NCBI RefSeq assembly: GCF_000002075.1
Contig: NW_004798120.1
Span: 107,848 to 171,847 of the forward strand
Source: Aplysia californica
Lineage: Eukaryota
Reading direction: 5' to 3'
DNA length: 64,000 bases
The position numbers were made by a program, and so were the translations under genes. Each line of letters begins with the position of its first letter. Within the stretch, counting starts at the first letter, position 1. Shown here piece after piece: positions 38,597 to 50,063 of the stretch. The notes beneath the pieces were generated by a model that made no database searches, was not told the DNA's origin, and saw only the letters and a program-made list of their open reading frames with translations.

Positions 38597-41500
38597 GGAG
38601 CAAATTTTTGGGTCTATATCTATTTCAATTTTCAAGAGCTAGTCTAGATGAGATTTTTAGATGAGTGTAAAAACGTGAAAAAGAAAGGTTTCACAACAGA
38701 AAGAAATCAAAATTAGAACAGCCCATAAACAACAACAAACATTAACAAATAAGGGCGTGTGTCCACCTGTCCGAAGAAGATGGGCTGTTTTAACCCTAAA
38801 TGTGCGTAATAAAAAAAAAAGGACAGGATATTACATGTAAATTATGGAATCACACACATTAAGGGGCTTTGCCAGTGTCAGTACATTGGTCGCAGCAGTG
38901 ACAAACGCAGATGTCAGTTCTATGTGTCGTTATCAATAACCCTCCGTAGATCTAGATCTAGATCTAGACAGCACACGAGTGAACACAACACATTACGTTT
39001 AAGAGCAGCACCCTTCATAGGCAACACGCCATATCTGTAGCGAAAAACTGTTTGGAATTGTAGCATTTCTTTATATAAATATTTACTGCGGACATTTTTT
39101 GGACCGCTTAAACCATATTGTATACGAACAATCTTTGGTAGGCTTATACTATAATTATAGATCTATATAATATCCTAAATTTGCGAGAAAGGATGTGATT
39201 TCAGAGTGTTCGGAGAAATAGTGCCCAGCTTTATTTTCCCGAACGTTCGGAGAAATAGTGCCCAGCTTTATTTTCCCGAACGTTCGGAGAAATAGTGCCG
39301 GCCTAAATTATACTGGCATGTGTGTGGCATTAGAACCCAACTGCAGGTCACAATCCAGAGGAAATTGTATTAATTTTAACGTGTTTTGGCATGTTTAACG
39401 TTAGAAGTCATGAAATCTGGAAATTCTATTGAGTATAGGTTTTTAACTATTTTCATGTTTTGGTTTAGAAAGAAATTAAATGAGTGTGGGTCAGGTGTTA
39501 TGCACTGGTCCATTTATTGAGTCGTTGACAGTGCTGTAGCTTCCTGTGTACGCTTGATATTATAAGGGAGAACTGAGGCTGTATTTTGTATTGTAGTGTC
39601 ACTGTGCTATAATCAACCTCCTTGCAGTTTGGAATGAAATATTTACTTGTTTGAACATGTGTTTATAACTTGACACAGATCAGAAGAAATCTTTCTTTTG
39701 TGCTAAGTTTAAGACTGTGTGTCTTGTTATTCTGGTTCTTTACTTGAATTAACAAACCATCCCCAGTTCAAGTCCTTGCCCAGCATTGTAAGGCAGAGGA
39801 AGATACCATCAGCAAAACCAGAATCTGCCAAAAGGAAACGAAGCCGGCCCGTTGATAATACAGATTTTGTTGGGGGATCTATCTATGGAAGTAGGAGGAA
39901 GTCGGCTCGGATTCAGGGAAAGGTAATTAAAAATTGACATATATATATGTTCTCCACAGGTTGTGACTATTCTCTCAGTACTTCTCTGACAAATGGTTTA
40001 TATATTTGACATGTCATAATATAGTTAACAGTATGTCAGAAGGCTGGCTGTACTGTATACCATTTTACTGTCAGCTGCGAAAGTAGCTAAATCTCTCTTT
40101 TTTGTACTCACACATCATGGGTGTTTTGTTTTGTCCTTTAGTGAGTGTGTAGGGATGATATTGTAGCCTTCAACATAGCTGGTTGTAAGAGGTCTACAGA
40201 TACTGATGTTGGAAACTCTGAAGAAATGTATGGTTTTGTGACTTTTTGTTAAATTGTGTGCAATATTGGGAGTTTTATTTCCTCTCGCCAGGACGTAGCT
40301 GAGTATGGACTTAACGATTCTGCTTTAGATGAACCCGAGGACGACAGAGAGAACTATACCCCGAGAGTCCCAGCAAACCGACCAAACTTCTATGGAGCTG
40401 TGCCAGGTTAGTATATTATCCCCTTCTTTATTCTATTTATAACAGCTGCTCATATACAGAATTTTGATAGGTGTGGTTTAATGTGAGTAAAATCCCTCTC
40501 AGACAAACACAGATCAGTTTGAAGGCATTCTTGGTCTGAGTGAAAGAACATAAAAAAAATGAGAACAGATTATTCATCGTGTTGTGTTTGAACAAAATAC
40601 TTATAAATGCATTATAATTTTCCTCGGAGATTGATTCCTTATAGGATATTTCTCATTTATAAAGTTTGCTCACACGATTGCATCACCAAAAACTGTTTTA
40701 GTTTTCACTACTTTTGTTATTGTTTTAACTTTTGGTTATATTAAAGAAGAAAAATTAGGATGGATATGTCTAATTGACATAGAGTTGAGAGTCATGCTAT
40801 CACTACAGTTGAAAGAAATCAGAGGTATAGAAACATTTTCTGTGAGAAGAAGAAACTTTTCCTTTTTCGTCTTTCTGGTGGGATATAGTGTCCACACACC
40901 CAGGTTTGACCCTGACTGGCAAGGTCTTGGTTATCAGCTGTACACAGTCTGCCTGATTTTCTTTGGCCATCTAACATTTTAAGAAAAATATTAAAAGAAT
41001 TTTTAAAAGTAAAGACTCTAACAGCAAAACCTCACATCACTCCCCTCCCTGACCCAGCCCCTTCCTTTTCCCCCCTTATGGCTTTTGTAATAGAGCTGAC
41101 AAATGTAACTACTAATGATTTTGTTTCAGATGTGTCCGTGGGTACGGTGTGGTGGACCAGGATTGAGTGTTGTCGAGACGGAGTGCATAGGTATGTACTC
41201 ATAGACTTAATCTGTTTTGTAGATTCTCTTGCTGAACAGATTGTTGATTGTTGCATGTTCTGACTTGTCTTTGTTGACCTTTTTGCCTTTTGTTTGTCTG
41301 TTTTTCCGGAATAAATTTGAAGAATGCAGATAGTTTGTTAAGACATTTTGAGCACTGTTCTGGGATGATGAAAAAGGTGGGTGGGAGGAGGGCAATTTGT
41401 GGTTGCTTTATTATCAGATGGGAACTTTGAGCTTAGAGACAATAAGAGGTCCTTAGAATCTTATGCTTTACTTTTAAAAGTTTTTTCTTACATCTGCATA

Positions 41501-44500
41501 TCATGATATACATGTTGTGGTCTGTTACCAAAGGCACAGTGGTGTCTGTTGTCAGTTGTATTTTTTACATTTTTAGTCTGTTATTCTTTTTTTTTTGGAA
41601 AGAGAATGGTGAAATTCCTAGATGTCCCTTATTAACTCTTGTATGTTGTATTTTATTTTGTACATTTGTTGTGCAAAATTGTTACACCACTTTCTGTAGT
41701 GTACGAGAAGTCATGGTAAGGCTCTTCATCTTTCTCACAATGAAATTTGATTCCCTTGTTTGTTTGAAATATATTTTATTGAGCATCTTTTTTTTTTTTT
41801 TTGCTGCGTCAATTCTTTTCAAGCTCTCCTATGTTCTAAATTTTGTTTACAGAAATGAAGAAAACATGCTCAGTGGTTAAGCTGCACTCCACATTTATTA
41901 ACCCAATCCTTGCTTTTGCGACCCGAAGAGACATGCACCATGCTGTTCCAATACTCTTTAGTGCTATGTCGCTGACTCATTACTAATATAATATGAATAA
42001 GTCCTATTTTGGCAACCCTTAACTCCTGAGCTACATAAGGATTGGTGTTATTATATCATATTCTTTTTATATGATTTTTTTATTTTTGTTGTTTCTTGTG
42101 AACAGACCCACAGTTGCTGGCATTCACGGAGGGGAAGGGGGAGCTTACTCCATCGCTCTGTCTGGAGGATACGAAGACGATGTGGACCTGGGAGAGTGTT
42201 TCACATACACAGGAGAAGGTCAGTCATGTTTCAAAAACTCAAAAGACAGAAATCAGCCTCTCTTTTATTCTGTATATATAAATATTTAGATTATGTGTTA
42301 CAGCTTAGAGAGCCTGTTTGTGTCTTGCACTGATTGTCCTGATCATAGCAATAGATCTGAGATAGTTACTAATTGATAACGTTATATTGTACAAACGCAA
42401 CATTTGGGTTTTTGGTAAGTGGTCTTGTCCGGTATGTGGGACCACTGAGTCAAATGGGTGGCATGAACTTAAAGCCTTGAAAGAGGTGTTGATCCCACAC
42501 CATCCTATGAAGGCCTACACGTCTGTGACCTTGTGAATGCTGTTTAGATGTGCAAGTGGGAAAAGCTATTTGATAAAATTCAACAGCAATACAGTCACTT
42601 TAAGGGGAAAGTGCAAACAAAGGTTATGGCCTAAATAATGCTTTTGTCTTTTTAGCAACCTGTAAGTTCTTTCATCTTTAACTTAAGTTTGCATTTGAGA
42701 TTAGCAATGGTTTATATTTTAAAAAATTGTATTTCCTTTTGTTTGTAAACAAAGGATACTTTCTCTTGTTTGTGCGTTTCAACATTGCATCTTAATGTTT
42801 TTTCCTTATCTTCTTTGACCTCCTGATAATGATTGGTGGGTTTAACTTTCGTATTTATCGTATATTATTGAAATAGAACCAATGGTTTATTTGTTTTGAA
42901 GTGTGGATGTTGATGAAAAAAAAACTTACTAACATGGCATGGAAAAGTTGTACATCTTGTCCAATTAACATATCATGATTTATACCTAAATTTTTTTTTT
43001 GGGGGGGGGTGGCTCTCAAGTTCATCTGCCCTATAGGTGATGTATTACAATACGGTACAGTATGTATCTACTTTTGGTGAAGACGATACTGATCTTGTAT
43101 TTAATCTTTATCTTTTTGTTTGTATTTTTTTACAGGTGGTCGAGACCTCAAAGGCACAAAGACAAATCCCAAGGTATGTGAGATGGTACTCGACTTGTAT
43201 CTCACTAGAGCAAAAGTCAACCTTATGACTTGAGCAAAAGTGAAAATGTCTCGTTATTTCGATTTTTCAGTACGTGAAACAAACCCCTGCTGTTGAGAAT
43301 ACAAAGCTAGTNNNNNNNNNNNNNNNNNNNNNNNNNNNNNNNNNNNNNNNNNNNNNNNNNNNNNNNNNNNNNNNNNNNNNNNNNNNNNNNNNNNNNNNNN
43401 NNNNNNNNNNNNNNNNNNNNNNNNNNNNNNNNNNNNNNNNNNGTGACCGGCTGATGCATGACTGACTGAAAATTACCCTTTTTTCAGAACCTGAGAACGG
43501 CCCCACAGTCCAAGGATCAGACATTGACGCGGGGAAACCTTGCACTCAGTCGGAACGTAGAGACCAAGAACCCTGTACGTGTGATTCGTGGCTACAAGCT
43601 GGACAGTCCGTTCGCCCCAGAGGAGGGTTATCGCTATGATGGCAAGTCGGCATATTTTACTTTGAATTTTACTGTTATCTTCATTTGGGTTGGATAACAC
43701 TTTAGGAAAAATGTGTCACGACGCGGTAGAATCAGGCGCTTGTCAATTTTCGAGCATCTGGAGTTATTGGTATGATCTTAAAGCTTGTTCATTTGACCAT
43801 CTTTTGATGAAAAAAAATACATGCCTTTCGTGAATAAAAGTTGACAGACATATTTGCGATTGAAGGAGGTTGGGATTGCCTGGTTTCAGAGGTAAAATTA
43901 TTGAGAAAATGACCCCCAAAGTTTGGTTATTTCCAAAGCTTGAGAGTCCTTGGAGACTGAAATTTTACATTTGTTGTGCCTTTAGTCAATGTTTTTCAGT
44001 AAAACTCACACAGAAATATGTAAATATTTTTTAATGGACATTAAAGGTGTTGAGCCAAACAGCAAAAATTAGAAAAAAGAATTGTCAAACTGGAGGAACA
44101 ACACCGATACAGTAGAACATGACTACGGTATACAGTAGCGGACCATCCCTACAGCGGGACCTTACCGGTGCCCCTTTTTTTTCCGATGAAAACATAATTA
44201 CCCGTGTTTGGGTTTAACATGACAAGGAAAGGCCTGAACTTGGATATAGCGGGAGAGATCGAGCAAGCTCTAGCTGGGGGATGGGGGGCTGTAGGCGGGC
44301 TCCAAACAGACAGTCAGCGGTGCGGCGTTGTGATTGGCCAGTCCAGTGATGAGTGAGGTGTGGCAGGCAGCAGAAGAGATGGTGTGGAGAGACTCGTTAC
44401 GTGAGCCACTCCAAAAGTGATGTGCCATAGCCCTACTCGCGGCGCACAAGCAGTGGAATTTTAGTTGCTGTAGGAGGTTCCCTGCCGAGCGCCTTCTTAC

Positions 44501-47030
44501 GTTGGGGTCACGGGGGGTCAGCTCCCTATGGCCGCTCTGTCTGGGCTGACTTAAATTTTTGATACTTTTCAACATAACATTTTAGGTGTATCCTTGTATT
44601 TACGGTAATTATCACTTGATGCACCCAAAGCACGCATTTCTGCTCTTGAGACTTAAAAAAGAACGGACATTGTAACTTGTCTGGTTATTTTGTTAGACAC
44701 GCTGAAGTCGGCAATGCTAAATTGTAAAAAATTTGACAAGTGTGAATGAAAAAAAATCTATAAAAATAACGGCCCTACAAAAACTGTCACTCTTTTGGAA
44801 CACGAACGACACAACATTGGTGCAGATACTCAGAAAAGATGGTATCTGCGCATAAAATAGAAAGGAAGGGGGGGCAGAAAGTGGAGACGAAAGCGGACGA
44901 TAGAACATTGTTAGAAAGCAGGAAAGGATGTCGAAATTTTTTTTAGAGAAGATAAATTATTATAATCATCAATATTATTGTTATTATTATTATTATCAAT
45001 ATTATTATTATCAATATTATTATCAGTATATTGTATCAATGGACTGACATTGTTGTTGATACATTACAGTTTGTATGAATAAAGGTCAAAGTTAACCGGT
45101 ACCCCTGTTCCTCCCTGCAGGCCTGTACTCGGTGGAGAAGTGCTGGTTCACCACCGGTCTCTCGGGCCACGGTGTCTGGAAGTTTGCTCTCAAGCGCTGT
45201 GATGACCAGGCACCTCCCTCCTGGCAGTTTGTCTCGGTGAGTGCAACTCCCTCTTTGGTTTCCATAGAAATATCATTGTTAAATACTTAGAATTGCTTGG
45301 ATCCAGAGTATCCTTGCAGGCGGCACATGTCCTTAGCTGCTAATCTCTCCTCTCCAGCGTCCATCCCGGGGTCTTCCTGCTAATTGTCTCCATGAGGAGC
45401 CGGTATGAGACACGCCTGCCCACTCCTCGGAGTGTTAAAATACAAGGTGTCTAAACAAAAGGGGCGGACCCTTTTAAAGGGCAATAAGTTAGTTATCTTT
45501 GCAACAATTTTGAGCAAAACTTTGAGCGAATTTAAAATTCAACCAAGGGGATGTTAAATTTTTCAATATAAAGAAAACTAATGTGCTCAAGAAATATCAA
45601 GTTTTAAACATTTCTACCAAAAGTTGAAAGAAGTAAAACATAGATCTTTAAAAATCAACAAACCACCCTTTAAGTATGGCACTTTTATCATCTTGTTTCA
45701 ACTGTGGTGGCGGATTGTTGGAGGGTGCCACAGATAGGCCATAGGCTTTTTCCATGCAGTGAACGATCATTGTCATGTCCGCCAGTCCATGTACTTCTTT
45801 TTGATCAAACCTTAGAACCCCCCCCCCCCCCCCCCCCCCCCGCGGGGCAGTGCCACTGACTGAAATGTCTTTAGGCCATTCCCAAAGGGGGGGGGGGGCA
45901 TTTCTCATTCTAGTGCACAGTAGTATTGTAAATGGGCTGATCTAACAATGTCATTCTCATAACTGTGCCTGAACTAGAACAGGGAATTGCTGCTTTTTCT
46001 TTCCTATTCCTTACCATCGTCATTTCCTTTACTTCTTTTGTATGTTTGTCACATTCTTGTGACCTGCTATTTCCGGGGTGCCCTGATAGTCGAAGCAGAC
46101 TTTGTGCTGTTGAAGCTAGAGAGGTGAGCAGATTAAGTCTGATTCCCTGTAAGGACTTCTCTGTTGATATCCACCCCTTTGCGCTCATATGACCTTTTAT
46201 GCAGTTGGGAGCGCTGTAAAACCTCTACTAAAACTAAACAAAAACCTTAGAAAATATCAGCTGTCTTGTTTTTGGTTTTAGTAAGAGTTTTACGGCATTT
46301 GCAACACAATAAGTGTCGAAGATTTGAGGTGTTACAAGAGAGTAACAAACACAAAAAAGAAGGAGAGGAGATAAAGACGATAGACGTTTGACAGGAAAGA
46401 AGAAGCAAACCACACCAGAGCTCCCACCCACCAACCACCCACCAACTGTCTTGATGTTACCTGATTTCTATTTGACTCCTGAGGGAAAAGTGAATTGTCT
46501 CAGACTGTGACTTTACTACTAGTGAGTGGTTGAAGGGTGCTATAGTCTTTATCTCACCTCCTTTTTTTTTACATGTTTGTTACTCTCTTGCATCATCTCT
46601 AGTCTTCGACACTTATTTGACCTTATTGTGTTGCAAGTTCCATAAAACACTTACTAAAACAAACAATGTGACTCTACTTTATTTTCCCCATAAACAGGAG
46701 CCAAATTCTCCTGCCAAAGCTACAGATGGAGGTCTGGCTGTTCAGGACAAAACATCTACTACCTCACATGGAAAAGATTCCATCAACGGTACCACAGATG
46801 ACAGGCTTGAGACGCCAGCGAATAAAGACAAAGACGACACGACCACAGAGAAAAATGTGGCTCCTGTTGAAGATAAAGCTCCTCTTCGTGATGAGGAGCC
46901 GGAGGAGGTCGAGGAAACTACTTTGTCGCAGCAGCCAGATGTGTCAACGCTGATGGAAGCGGGTTCGGACCTCGGCAGTTCACAAAGCTCAACAGTCAGT
47001 GAAGTGGCGAAAGGGAGGACAGAAGATTAG
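37543..47030 (+). CDS. Stand-alone SRA/YDG-domain (UHRF1-like methyl-CpG reader) protein, 388 aa; exons 37543-37623, 39767-39922, 40292-40406, 41130-41190, 42106-42218, 43136-43173, 43488-43641, 45121-45236, 46698-47030
   Basis: Nine phase-consistent exons total 1167 nt. The SRA domain reads [163 protein letters not shown]. It is flanked by a ~110-aa N-terminus and an acidic, low-complexity tail. Confidence 0.93.
37733..39303. mobile_element. Mutator (MULE)-like non-autonomous element in an SRA-gene intron
   Basis: Perfect 9-bp TSD TAAATTATA at 37724-37732 and 39304-39312. Inverted sub-terminal arrays of ACTATTTCTCCGAA(C/T)GTTCGG at both ends. Confidence 0.8.
37885..38407 (+). mobile_element. 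Diverged Tx1-family LINE 3' fragment nested in the MULE-like element
   Basis: Shares ordered blocks with 18890-19420: tggcaag..ctaca.ac..cctt, tgagctgtgg, gcggac.gggatgagccgc, atgagccc..agtgaatg. Confidence 0.65.
45816..46240 (+). mobile_element. Short retroposon family B copy, tail-to-tail with a family-A copy (46268-46445, -)
   Basis: Homologous to 9934-10328; ends cctctactaaaactaaa. Confidence 0.85.
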
Positions 47031-47080
47031 TTGAGGCTTCTGTCTTAGGGCTTCCTTTATAATTTTTAGAGAAGTCATTT

Positions 47081-47374
47081 AGGGACCGTTCGCAAATGAC
47101 GTCAGCTAAAATTTTGCCAAAAATGCCCCCCACATCATCTTCTGTTACCTTTCCCAGGACCCCCCCCCCCCCTCCGACCCCCCCGTTGACGTCAACATTT
47201 AGATAGAACTTGTACAGGATGCATTTTGTATTTACACCTTTGATCTTTATTTTAAATAAGAACGTAAAGCTATTGTTGATTAAATAGTACAACAAAGAAA
47301 TACCTGGAGTGTCAAATTATTTATTAACAACTTTAACCAATTTCTTGAGCTGACGTCATTTGTGAATGGTCCCT
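47081..47374. mobile_element. MITE about 50 nt downstream of the SRA stop codon
   Basis: TIRs AGGGACCGTTCGCAAATGACGTCAGC / GCTGACGTCATTTGTGAATGGTCCCT. Confidence 0.85.
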
Positions 47375-48440
47375 TTATATACACATAATGTTGTTTTTTC
47401 TACGGCAGCAATTTGTTCCTAAAGAATGCCCTCAGTTACAGTGGACTTTGCTAAAATGATGTCCAAAGGCCATAGAAAAAGCCCTAATGGAATGATCGAT
47501 TTTGTCTTGTCATTTTCCCACCACTTTCCACTTTGTCTAGAAATATAAAAAAAGGCTCTGTTTAGACTTCATCTTTAACCAAGTCCACTGTAAAATTTTT
47601 ACTTCTTTGGCAGCAGTTTTCTAGAGGGCAAGTTCGCTTACTTTGAAAAAGTATAAACTTCTACATATGTTTTATGATTTTATATGTCTTGCAGCAAATA
47701 TCTCTCTTGTTATTCCGTGTTTTATGAAATAGAGAATGATGCTATGCATATTGTCCACATGTCTCAAATTTTGGGTCAATTTTTTAAAATTTCTTTACAC
47801 TCCACCGTTTTATGGCATTTTTTTTTCTACATCCCTCAGAATATAAGACCACAAGGGACCTACTTAACTTTTAAATTCAGCATTATTTTTACATGCTCAT
47901 GCACCTTTTTTTTACCTACTACTATTGTGTGACTTACTGCCTTTTGAACAGTTTTCTTTTGAATGCTATTTGAGTAACATTATCTTGTAAGTTTATTTGT
48001 GGAGTATCTTTAAATTTCAATGTAAAATCAAGTAACATTTCCTGTGCCTTTTTGTACAGAATAATTCTTATAGTGCGTTGTATATACCAACTTGTTGAAT
48101 TACTTTGTATTTTTTGTTCATTTTTCTTTAATGTTTTGATTTTAGAATTGCCTTAATGAGTTCATCCATTATAGACATTTTTCGAGTTTTGGTGTTATAA
48201 AAAGTATTTAGTACAGGGGTCTTAAATTTTTTATCATTATAAGATGTCTCTTCTCCTCCTCTTCTGAGAGCGTAGCACATTCAGGCACACATGATACCAA
48301 ACATGGAAACTTCGAAGTCATGGACAGCTCGTACAAATTGCCATTCCCCCCCCGACTGACTGATATCTGTTTGATTGTCATTTATCGGTTTACCCAAATT
48401 ATGGATGTGTTGAACAAATTTGTCAATCCCTGACGTGTTT

Positions 48441-48880
48441 TTGTCACGATGTGGTGGAATCAGGCGCTCGTCAATTATTGGGCACATGGAGTTTTTGGTG
48501 TCATTCTAAAGCCTGCTCAGTTATCTTGCTATCTGTGAAAAAAATGTCCATTTATCTTGAATAGAAGTAAAGATATTTGAGATTGAAGAAGGTGGGGTCG
48601 TCTAGTTTCAAATGTAGAAATAGCGAGAAAATGGATTGGCTGCCGAAGTTTGGTTATTTCCATAGCTTGACAGGCTGTTGGAACTGAAAACTTACATTTT
48701 TTGTGCCTTTAATCAACTTTTTTCAGTAACACCCACCCAGAAATGTGTTCTTAATTGGACAACAATGGTGTTGAGCAAAAATATAAAAATTTGATAAAAA
48801 TTGCTGCTCTGGCAGAAATGTACAAGTTTATTCCATTTCATTATTTTGACGTGCGCCTGATTTCACCGCGCTGCCTTACA
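48441..48880. mobile_element. MITE family 1 copy
   Basis: ggtggaatcaggcgctcgtcaa ... ttgacgtgcgcctgatttcacc. Confidence 0.85.
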
Positions 48881-49212
48881 TTTATTAGTTAACATCCACA
48901 ATATCTTGGCAGATTTAGATTTCAACATTACTGATCTTTGTGTAGAAATGAAGTCTTCATTCCTAAAATTAAATCGGCACTTTTTCATGTAAATTTACTC
49001 TTACTCTTAGTCTTCTTCACTATCTGTATTATATCTGTAAAATTTATCTCTACTACTCAGAGCTACAGATATTATCATGCCTCTAAATCTCAGCTATGTT
49101 CCTCAAATACAATTGGTATTATTAAAAAACTTAATGTTGTGGTATCCAATATTAGAATTAAAATGTCTGACTAGAAATAAATTTTTACTTTTATACACAA
49201 ACTAGTTTTGTT

Positions 49213-49598
49213 TTTTTAGTTTTAGTAGAGGTTTTACGGCGTTCATATGAGCGCCAAGGGGTGGATGTCAACAGAGAAGTCTTTACAGGGAATTGGGCTT
49301 ACTCTGTTCACCTCTCAAGCTTCAACTGCACAAAGTCTGCTTCGACTATCAAGGCACGCCGGAAATAGCGGGTCACAAGACAGTGACAAACATACAAAAG
49401 AAGTAGAGAAAAATTGACGATAGTAAGGATGAGGAAAGAAAAAGCAGCAGTTCCCTGTTGCAATTCCGGCACAGTTATGAGCATGACATCGATGAATCGG
49501 CCCATTTACAATTTTACTGTGCAACAGAACATGGAAATGTACCCCCTTTGGGAATGGCCTGAAGACACTTCAGTCAGTAGCACCGCCGTGTGGGGTTA
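49213..49598 (-). mobile_element. Short retroposon family B copy
   Basis: Reverse complement of the family-B consensus, with a small deletion in the tail loop. Confidence 0.85.
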
Positions 49599-49819
49599 AA
49601 CTTTTAAGTTTTGAGTACCTTGTTTTGTAATACTATTATATATGAAACCTTGTTCCATTCTCTCGAAAAACCCTTACTTTTATTTTTTGTACAAGTAGCA
49701 TCCAAGGAACTTTGTAAGTGGTTGGAGGGCAACAACTGTTAGGTCCTATTTCTTTTCTTTCCTTATTGTTGTTTCTGTCTGCATGTCTGGTCTTTTTCCC
49801 TGCACTAGGTGATCATTAA

Positions 49820-50063
49820 CCCTATCCGTACGCCTGGGGTCATTTTGTACCCCAGGGGTTACATTCTTCACATTTTAGAATACTTCTAGTGTGAAGATCT
49901 CTTTGAAACTTTCAGTATTTCTCAAAAAATCATTTTGACAGACTGCTATACAAAGCGTACGGATCGGATTAACGAGTAAATTTCCTCTTTGGAAAGTGGT
50001 GGCACAGAGTTCCCCACTTCGTATGGATACATAGTAAAACACGATGTACGGATAGGGACAGGG
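49820..50063. mobile_element. piggyBac-type MITE
   Basis: TTAA|CCCTATCCGTAC ... GTACGGATAGGG(ACAGGG)|TTAA. Confidence 0.7.

Noticed and set aside
37543-47030. Calling the SRA gene UHRF1
   Set aside because: No UBL, TTD, PHD or RING exons are visible between the start and stop codons, and the finger loop differs. The short intronic gaps could not hold those domains.
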